DNA of 64,000 bases. It comes from Callorhinchus milii (Eukaryota). This document shows, in pieces, positions 54,999 to 64,000 of this stretch. The stretch covers positions 70,992,001 through 71,056,000 of the forward strand of contig NW_024704743.1 in NCBI RefSeq assembly GCF_018977255.1, in the 5' to 3' direction. The notes below the pieces were generated by a model that was given only the letters and a program-made list of their open reading frames with translations, was not told where the DNA came from and did not search any database. The position numbers and the translations under genes are program-made. How positions within the stretch are numbered: position 1 is the stretch's first letter; every line of letters begins with the position of its first letter.

Positions 54999-55862
54999 TG
55001 AAATGCACAACAGCATTGCCGCCATCTTCCTGCCCACAGCTCAGGCACATGTCCCTTCCCATTGAAGGATGGTTCCACCAATTGGAGGTGCAGAGTTTAA
55101 GCAGCAGCTGTTTGCCTCTTGCAGGCCAATCAAGGTGGACTCCAGGCGCTGGACATACAAATGTGTTTTTCACAAACTCAGACTCCAGGTAAAGCCTTCC
55201 AACAGCTATCGCCCCAAGCCTCAGTTTCCTCATCAGGTATCTGGCAGACATCGGTCTTCAGCGCAGTGAGAGGACCTTTACAGGTCAGATTGTGACCTGC
55301 CACATACCTCTAATGCGCAAATTGGTTGCCATTTTCACCTAAAAAAAGTCACTACACTTGCAGTATATCCAGTGAAGTGCGTTGAGACAATCACCTGAGG
55401 TGAAAGGTACTGTACCAAATGCAAGGAGTATTACTATCAATATTTTAAAGCAAAGCGATCTCACGGGTTAACAATAGGTACAATTGCTGGCCTGGGATTA
55501 ATTAGAAATGAATAAATGTGAGTGCGCATGTGGACAAACAGGGCCAACCCCCTGAGCCGCATATAAACACTCTTCAACCCCGGCAGCAACTCAGTCCCCA
55601 CACCAGGCCCGGGCTGAGTGACCCTGATATCAGTCGGGAGGAGAGGCACAGCTGTCAGCTTCCCCCCCACGGGCCGCCCCCCCACGGGCCGCTTCATCTC
55701 GTTACGTAAGTGCTCGTCGCCTCTCCCGCCCCCATCTCAGGCCGCTCGGCGCTTTTGTTCACCTCCAGCGTCCGCCCTCTCAACCCTCCCAGGCCCGACT
55801 GGTTGGCGCAGGGGGGGCGGCCTCTTTTCTGCTCTCCGGGCCTCGCTTTGGAGGCTCGTTAC

Positions 55863-56335
55863 CTGACTGATGTCGGAAAGGGTTTTTTCCTGCAGCTTCT
55901 CCCGCATCGGCCGCGCTGCTTCCACTGGTTTGACAGTTCCCCACGCTCCTCCGAGTGCTTCTCGAGGCCGCGACCCCCCCTCCTTCGTCACCGTGTCTCG
56001 AGCCCAGGCCGTTACCCCCCCCCTCCTTCGTCACCGTGTCTCGAGCCCAGGCCGTTACCCCCTCTCCTCGTCACCGTGTCTCGAGCCCAGGCCGTTACCC
56101 CCCTCTCCTCGTCACCGTGTCTCGAGCCCAGGCGGTTACCCCCCTCTCCTCGTCACCGTGTCTCGAGCCCAGGCCGTTACCCCCCTCTCCTCGTCACCGT
56201 GTCTCGAGCCCAGGCCGTTACCCCCCCTCCTCGTCACCGTGTCTCGAGCCCAGGCGGTTACCCCCCTCTCCTCGTCACCGTGTCTCGAGCCCAGGCCGTT
56301 ACCCCCCTCTCCTCGTCACAGACAGAACCCAAACA
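55863..56335 (-). other. SGO1: Putative non-coding first exon / 5' region of SGO1
   Basis: Lies in a CpG island downstream of the CHR element; donor CAG|GTAACG at 55863/55862; the 5' end is uncertain. Confidence 0.5.
55975..56319. repeat. Minisatellite, 8 copies of a ~41-mer (CTCTCCTCGTCACCGTGTCTCGAGCCCAGGCCGTTACCCCC) at the SGO1 5' end
   Basis: Eight CTCGAG-containing units counted. Confidence 0.95.
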
Positions 56336-56339
56336 GCAA

Positions 56340-56462
56340 TTCAAACCCCGCCACCGCCGATTCGATTGGTTGTACGGAGTGCGGCACGTGACACGACGAC
56401 TCGTCGGTGACGTCTGCGCTCGCTCTCGGAGCCGCGGGGGGGGGGCGTGAGACATGACGTCA
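56340..56462 (-). promoter_or_regulatory. SGO1 promoter: CHR (TTTGAA, 56345-56340) with GC-rich CDE-like flank, CCAAT (56369-56365), E-box CACGTG (56385-56390), CRE TGACGTCA (56455-56462)
   Basis: Motifs read directly in a CpG island; CHR plus NF-Y box is the established architecture of G2/M genes regulated by DREAM and MMB-FOXM1. Confidence 0.75.
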
Positions 56463-56689
56463 TCACCCGATGATAACAACAACAAAATACAACAAGATAC
56501 AAGATGGCTGGCGTTCGTCAACCGCCTGTCACGTCGGGAAGACGTCCCAAGGCGCTGGACAGTCAAGCGTTTCGGATGGCAACAACTTGTATTTATATAA
56601 CGCCTTATATATGATATATATATGTCAAAATTATGTACAATAAATATATAATAATCCTTACATTAGTCTCAAAGCTCTTCATAGCATTT

Positions 56690-57085
56690 AACAACAACAA
56701 CAACAACTTGCGTTCCTCTCGCCTGCCGAGTGGGGGAGCAGACGGGGGGAGACCTGCAGAGCTAGGCTCGGGGTGACGGGGACACCAGTGTGGAGGCCGG
56801 AGGGGGACGTGCTGAGGCAATGGTGGTAGCAAGGGCAGAGTGGATCCTCTGGATTTTGGACTCAAGGATTATCATCTCACATTTGGAGTTAGGGTGGGGG
56901 GGGGCTCCATGCGAAGACCCTCCCCCTTCGACCGTGCCTTTGGTCATCCTTCTTCTCCTCCTGCACTGCACCCTCCCAGATCCCGACCCCAGCTCCGGTC
57001 TAAAACACCGATTCCCCAGCGTCTCGGAACATCCTCCAGTCACGAAAGGCACTTTACAGATGTAATTTTGTTGTTGCTGTTGGAT
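56690..57085. mobile_element. Two L2 3' ends joined in opposite orientation
   Basis: (AAC)n tail on the left and ...aatgtaattttgttgttg-type tail on the right. Confidence 0.65.
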
Positions 57086-58348
57086 TAGAAGGATGATTGG
57101 CTGAGGCGAGGGTGGAGCAGTTGATTTGGATGTGGTTCATTATTAAAATTATTATTATTATTAAAAATGTGTATTATTATTATTATTATTTATTCAGCCA
57201 AATCTATATGACTTGTGATTCAGCTATCAAAATTTGCCTTTCCAAGTTTCTCTGACTTACTACTACCAGCTCATTTCCCATTTTACTGAACACTTTATAC
57301 ATACAGTATTTGCCACAAAGTGAAAATTATGTTTAGGATACAAGAACATTTTAAATAATTGGAAAAAGTAAATTGCCGAATCCTACCTAATCCTTTCATG
57401 TCGGGGCGTCTTCCTGACCTGAAACGTGCAATACAAATGTAATTTTGTATCATATCATAATCCATATGTAAGTCTCATGCTTTATTACTTGCATTTTTTC
57501 AGGTAAAGAAATAAAAGTTTCAAAGCTTTTTACAAGTTATAACTAATTAAAAATTGAAATTGAATGTTATTATGTAGGCAATCTACACGGCATCTAATCT
57601 GAATCAGTAACATCCCTAGCAGCCTAGCAGGGGTTTAATTTCTAAGGTAAAATCTCATCATCTGTAGGTATAAATGCTTTACAATATATAAATGAGGATA
57701 ATTTAAGTGTTTTGTTCAGCTCACGTCATTAGAAGCAGATTACCATCATGAAATACCACCCAGACAACGGGATATGCAGAGGTCTGTTGATCTGGCAGCC
57801 ATTCTAAACACTCAGACGTGGCAATGAAAACAAAATAGGTGGTGAGCAACAGCAGCATTGCTAATCTATTGAGAACTATTTATTTACTGAATTGCAAATG
57901 TCAGCTTGGCTGAGCTCTTAACACTTGTCTCTGGGTTGAATGTTGTGCACTACAAAAAACACTTGCTATATATACTTGACAGTAATTACTGCAAAGTGTT
58001 TTTCAATGCATTGAGGTACAATAACAAATGCCACTTTCTATACCTGTATTTCTATTTAAGGATAATCTTTCTTGGAGCCATGACCAACTACAGCTGAGAT
58101 GTCAGAGCAACCGGCTTCCAGGCCTCTAATATTACTCTGAACTAGCTACTAGAAAGTGCAATAAAGCAGGCAGGATTGCATCTTCCTCCGATTTTCCACC
58201 CATTTAGTGAAGTACCTAAAAGAGAATAGGATAATACACAATACATGGAAAACACAAAGTTGGAATTAAAACTAGACCTCAGCCCCTGCAATAAGTCTGT
58301 GGCTCCAAACAAACCTGTTTAAATAGTACTAATTGGAAGCTATTCAAC

Positions 58349-58880
58349 ATAACAACAACAAATTACATTTCTATAGTGCCTTTCACGTCAGAAGGATGTC
58401 CCAAGGCATCACAAAAAACATCAGGGATCTGCATCCGAGCTGGTGGTTGGGATCAGGAGGGGTGGAGGGAGGGAAAGGGTAGAGGTAGGAGGGTGACCGA
58501 AGGCACATTCAAAGAGGAGGGACTTGAGACGAGTCTTGAAGGAGGAAAGGGAGGGGTGGGGGGTGAGGCCTAGGGACTGTGGGATAGAGTTACAGAGGGT
58601 GGGGAAAGAGAGGCTGAAGGTCCACCCGCCAATGGTGGGGTGGGCAAGACGGGGACGTGAAGCAGGCTGGAGTCCACTGAGCGGAAGGATCGGACAGGTT
58701 GGTAAGGGTTAGGAGGTCGCAGAGGTCGGGAGCAGCAAGGCCTTGGAGAGCTTTGAAGGTGAAGACCAGGATTTTGAACTTTATCCTTTGAGTGATTGTG
58801 AGCCAGTGGAGCCGGGCAAGGATGGGGGTGATAAGGGTCACAGAGTCTGGTGCGGGAGAGGGCACGAGGGGCTGCTGATA
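58349..58880 (-). mobile_element. L2 LINE 3' fragment
   Basis: ITPILARLHWLTITQRIKFKILVFTFKALQGLA; (AAC)n tail. Confidence 0.88.
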
Positions 58881-59029
58881 ACAAAAAACAATGCAATGAT
58901 GCAGCACACATATAGATAAGTAACATGGAGTCTTATTGGCGATTTTGCAATTCTCAAATGGAATTCATTAGGTTCAATGCAACTTCCAGTCACCAATAAC
59001 TAACTACCAATATTCACCAATTGGTAATT

Positions 59030-60410
59030 AAGAACATAAGAACATAAGAATTAGGAACAGGAGTAGGCCATTCGGCCCCTCGAGCCTGCCCCGCCATTCG
59101 ATAAGATCATGGCTGATCTTCAGACCTAACTCTAATTACCTGCCCTATCCCCATATCCCTCTATTTTTTAAAAATCTATCAGTCTCAGCCTTGAAGATGT
59201 TCAAGGACTGAGCATCTACAGCCTTCTGGGGTAGTGAATTCCATAAATTCCATAAATTCACTACCCTCTGAGTGAAGAAATGTTTCCTCAACTCTGTTCT
59301 AAAAGGCTGACCTTAATTTTAAGACTGTGACCCCTGGTTATAGATTCTCCTACCAGGGGAGACAGACCCTCAGTGACCACTTTATCAGCCCTTTAAGAAT
59401 CTTATATGTTTCAATAAGATCTCCCCTAATTCTTCTGCACTCTAGAGAATATAGCCCTACTTTATTCAGCCTATCCTCATAGGTCAGTCCCCTTATCCCA
59501 GGAACTAACCGAGTGAATCTACGCTGCACCCCCTCTAGGGCAAGTATGTCCTTTTTTAAATAAGGAGACCAAAACTGCACACAATACTCTAGGTGCGGTT
59601 TCACCAAGGCCCTATTATCCTCAGAGCTTACTCTCCCACCTTGTTTAGTGTCATCAGCGAATTTAGATACGTTACATTCAATGTCCTCGTCTAGATCATT
59701 GATATAAATTGTAAATAGCTGAGGCACAAACACTGATCCTTGTGGCACTCCACTAGTCACATCCTCCCAATTCGAGAATGACCCGTTTATACTTACTCTC
59801 TGTTTTCTACCCGTTAGCCACTCTTCAATCCATGCTAATATGTTCCCATTAATCCTGTGGGCCTTAACCTTGTGCCTTTTGTGTGGCACTTTGTCAAATG
59901 CCTTTTTAAAATATAAATATATTACATCTACTGGTTCCCCCCAATCTAACATGCTAGATACACCTTCAAAAACTTCTAAAAGATTAGTTAAGCATGACTT
60001 CCCTTTTGTAAAGCCATGCCTCCGCCTAATCTTGTTATGGTCTTCCAGGAATCCCATAACGACATCTTTAATTAAGGACTCAAGAATTTTCCCTACCACT
60101 GAAGTCAGACTGACTGGTCTATAGTTCCCCATCTTTTCTCTCCCACCCTTCTTAAAATAGTGGTGTCACGTTTGCAATCTTCCAATCAATGGGAACCATT
60201 CCAGAATCCAGATAATTTTGGAAGATCAAAGACAAGCCATCCACTATCTCAGTAGCCACCTCTTTTAAAACCCTAGGATGTAGACCATCAGGTCCAGGAG
60301 ATTTATCAGTTTTAAGACCTGATAATTTACCTAAAACCATTTTTTTACCAATATTAATTCCTCCAAGTTGCTCGCTAACATTTTCTTCTTGGTTCCCCTC
60401 TATCCTTGGT
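59030..60410 (-). mobile_element. CR1 LINE fragment with an internal deletion
   Basis: KSPGPDGLHPRVLKE, NYRPVSLTS, GVPQGS, FADDTK, then a jump to RALVKPHLEYC; (AAGAACAT)n tail. Confidence 0.93.
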
Positions 60411-61629
60411 AATTGTGATGACCAATTGTGATTTCTGAAAGTTGGCATAGTGCGGAAAAGAGGCTGGAGCAAAAAGTCATCACAATTGGAAGTCGCAATT
60501 AATGCTTCGAATCCCATTGCAAATTTCACAAGATAGCCCTAATGTAGATCAACCATGACAAAATGCTCTGCCATGGTCCAGGAGAATGAGAAATGACTGT
60601 AATCTTCCAGTGTTCAAATCCTTCACAAACCTTAGATATGTCTACTAAAATAGTACATTAGGAAAAGGAGGGTCTCTTTGATCTAAATAGAGGTCAAAAG
60701 TAAATACAGCTCACCCAAGCCGAACTGAGCAAACAAGTACAAACAGTAAAGATTCATGTACCGTAGTCTGAATAAGATGTTTAAAAGCAGTTACAGTACA
60801 TCTCTCCTTTTGCAATGTAAGAAGGATGACTAACCATTAGAGCCTCTTTTAAAAATCAAGAATTTAGGATTAAATTGTCAGTGATTTTATTAACAATTAC
60901 TGTTGTGCAGAAAACAGCAGTGGTATTCCTACTGTTGCGCATTTTCCAATGTGAGTTTAGTACTGAAGTAAACACTTGTAGTGAATTTAAACACCAATTT
61001 AATCAGTTCCTTAGGTGAGATTGAATTCACTTCAGTTAATGGGCCATTTTCTGATTTGTTTTGCCTGCAGTGTCGAGTTGGTGCCTGTTGATTTTGGAAA
61101 CAGACCTTTCATCGTTTTCTCAGAACAATAAACCTCTACAGATTTTCTGCTGAATATTATTTTAGGATTAGAAAAATATTCATAACCTTCAAACATTTAT
61201 TTATTCATATAATACTATTAAAGAGAAACAATTTGTAGCAATCTATTTTGATGATACTTTTGCTATAAAATGCTACCATAGCGCTTCAGTGCAGGTTGTA
61301 ATATCCTTTTCACATATCTTGCACTTTTTTAAAACATTTAAGAGTACTGGCATATATACTGTATGTATTATATATGTGATATATTAAGAATTAAATGTAT
61401 TAGTTGCACTTCAAAAAGAAATTCTCTTGGACACGAATCTTCAAGACACAAGATCTCCCTGCTTCCACCCTTGCCCTCCACCCTCCCCAACCCCTGACCC
61501 CCAGCTCGGGTCCGTGACTCTGTCTGTCCAGTGCCTTGGGACGTCCTCCCGATGTGAAAGGCACTTTACAAATGTAATTTTGTTGTTATTGTTGTATTCC
61601 GATACATTTTACTCTTGTTACATTTTACA

Positions 61630-61985
61630 GGTATCAGCCAGGCTCAGTAGATAGCATCCTCATCTCTGACTCAGAAGATAGTGGGTTCAAACTCCATGAT
61701 AGGACTTTGAACTCACAATGTAGGCTGCCACTCCAATGCAGTTGAAGGTGTTGTCCTTCAGATGAGATGTTAAATTGAGGCCCCATCTTCCTGTTCAGGT
61801 GTATGTTGAAGATCCCAGCAAAAGAGACGGATGTTTCTCCTGGTCTCCTCCCAGATAAAATTGATGATTTATGGCTGATTTGGGGACATTGCTGTACACA
61901 AATTGGCTGCTGTGTTTACTTACAAAATACAATCACTATGCTTTACCTCCCGTGAAGTCCTATATCAAATGCAATGATTATTAGG
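61630..61985 (+). mobile_element. Older tRNA-headed SINE with a Deu-domain-like core (SacSINE1-like); further copies at about 25700-25900, 47000-47340, 47600-47880, 53490-53660
   Basis: ggctcagt...gggttcaaactcc head; cagatgagatgttaaa...caggtg.atgt..aagatccc core; family name assigned from memory. Confidence 0.7.
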
Positions 61986-63039
61986 ATTATTTAAAGAAAG
62001 ACTTTACAGAAAGGTTTATTGCACTGAAGTGTGAGGAACTGAATCCATAACCTTCTAACCCAAAGGTGAGAGTGCTTCCAACTAAGCCAAGCTGACTTGG
62101 ATGGCTTTCTATGTTTCTATGAAATATTGTTTTGAATTATGCATTTTGCTGCCATCATGTTATTTGGGAATAATAATAACTTTGCATTTGGCCCATCATG
62201 TTGTGCTATTACAATGTATAATGTGTACATTCTGTGGATGGGCTCAAAAATGTGTCTGGTACAAATAATGGAAGGACCATGGAAATTACAGTAATAAAAA
62301 GAAAAATGTTTTACTGTAATAGTATTACAGTATTTATAAAATATACTGTCTTGTATTAAATTACATTTTCTACAAGTTATAATGGAAACTATAAGAAGCT
62401 TGTGACATGCAAAAAGGTTTGTTAATGGAGATAGACAAATACGCTGTTTCTTTAACATTATCCATCCAAGGGATCTCATTTCAGTGTGGTATCACTGCCC
62501 ACTTTGCAATAAATAAAAGCTCCCAAAACAGAATTTCGACAAACGGAACAAAGCAGTGCTTTATAATCATGTAGATTTAAACTATGTAATTGCTTATGAA
62601 AATTACAAAGGAAATCTTTTGAAAGCCATCTTTGAGAATAATGTGATAACTATTTTCAGTCATTCTCAGTGGGAGACCATTAACAGCTGGCATTTTCTGC
62701 AAGATTTCTAAGCAGGCATTCTGTGCAGCATGTTACTGTATTTTACCGCATGGGATCTTTATGCGCACAGATTAATAATTAGCACTTGATTTGTAACTGA
62801 GATTGTACAACATGGGGTCTGAATCACAAGCAAGGTTCTCAGATGTAAATAAAAAATTTTCATAAAAGAGAATGTATTTCTAGCCATGGATAATATATTT
62901 TTTTCAATTTACTTCTATGTCCCTCCTCTGCTCTTCTCCCCTTTCCCAAAGTCGATTAGTCATACTGAAGGATGAGTCCTTACATTCAGTTCTTACATTC
63001 TGCCACCACACCAAAGTGACAAGATAGCTGACTCGGAAC

Positions 63040-64000
63040 CTGTGCTAGGGGTGGGGGCTGGGAGGGAAGTTGAGGTGGGAAGGTGAGCAAAAGTGCAATC
63101 GAGAAAATAGCTCTGAAGACGAATTTTGAAGGCAGCGAGGAAGAGAGCGGTGAGGTGGAGGGACTCCGGATGGAGTCCTAGAGAGTGGTGGCAGAATTGT
63201 GTGGTGGAATCCTGATTGGCTCCTGTCAGGCGCTGACAGCATCAGCATCCATGGATGCAAACTCTACATTACTAAGCAAGTCTGGAATCTTGGAGTCTTT
63301 TTGACCCTCAACTGTCCTTTCTATCCCACATCTGTGCCATGACCTGCTCTGGCTTCCCCCACCTCTGCAACATCGCCCGGCTCCACCACCTTCTCATACC
63401 ACAGGCCACCGAGGCCCTCATACATGCATTCATAGCATGCTTGACTATGCAAACTCCCTGCTTGTCGACCTCCTCAACTTCTCCATCCATAGGCTGCAGA
63501 TCATCTGCAGCCCATGTCCTCTCCCGCACCAGGCTCCGTGACTCTTATCGCCCCCATGCTTGCCCGATTCCACTGGCTTCCCATCACACAGAGGATACAG
63601 TTCAAGATCCTGGTCCTCATTTTCAAAGCCCTCCATGGTCTTGCTCCCCCCTTACATCTGCAACCTCCTAACCCACTACCATCCTGCTCGATCCCTCCAC
63701 TCAGCGGATTCCGGTCTGCTTCACGTCCCCCACCTTGCCTGCCCCACCTTTGGTGAGCGGGCCTCCAGCGACTCTGCCACCATCCTCTGGAACGCCATCC
63801 TGCAGTCCCTCTGCCTTGCTCCCTCCCTTGCCTCGTTCAAGACCCATCTCAAGATCCTCCTCTTCGACCATGCCTTTGGTCACCCTCTTTTCCCCCCTGC
63901 CCTCCACCCTCCCCAATCCCGACCCTCAGGCCATGTCGGCCAGCAGGGGAGAGAGGAGGGGGAGTTGAGTGATCAGCAGCTGGGTGGGGAGGAGGTCGAG
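63040..64000. mobile_element. L2 LINE fragments (main piece on + strand, about 63230-63930)
   Basis: HLCNIARL...TEALIHAFI; LARFHWLPITQRIQFKILVLIFKALHGLAP. Confidence 0.85.

Noticed and set aside
55710..56450. 246-aa + strand ORF and neighbours at the SGO1 CpG island
   Set aside because: Explained by GC richness and the 41-bp repeat; non-ATG start and no domain similarity.

Overview
Vertebrate genomic DNA, probably from a cartilaginous fish. The dominant tRNA-derived SINE and the L2/CR1 LINE tails resemble those of chimaeras such as Callorhinchus; this is inferred from recalled repeat families, not from a search. The window holds two complete, convergent spliced genes. KAT2B/PCAF (+ strand, 18 coding exons, 817-31827, 851 aa) has the PCAF-N, GNAT acetyltransferase and bromo domains. 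SGO1/shugoshin-1 (- strand, 9 coding exons, 49649-36451, 745 aa) has a CHR/CCAAT G2-M-type promoter near 56.3 kb. All exon phases join into open frames with GT-AG introns. The rest is SINEs (a young tRNA-Ala-like family and an older Deu-domain type), CR1 and L2 LINE fragments, a MITE, fragments of an unclassified old LINE, and three GC-rich minisatellites. I see no clear new multi-gene system. The best leads are the three minisatellites (all G-run-rich on the sense strand, two beside first-exon splice donors), a 138-bp-arm intronic foldback, a putative SGO1 uORF, motif differences in SGO1, and a possible divergent spliced transcript at about 61 kb. Repeat boundaries are approximate.
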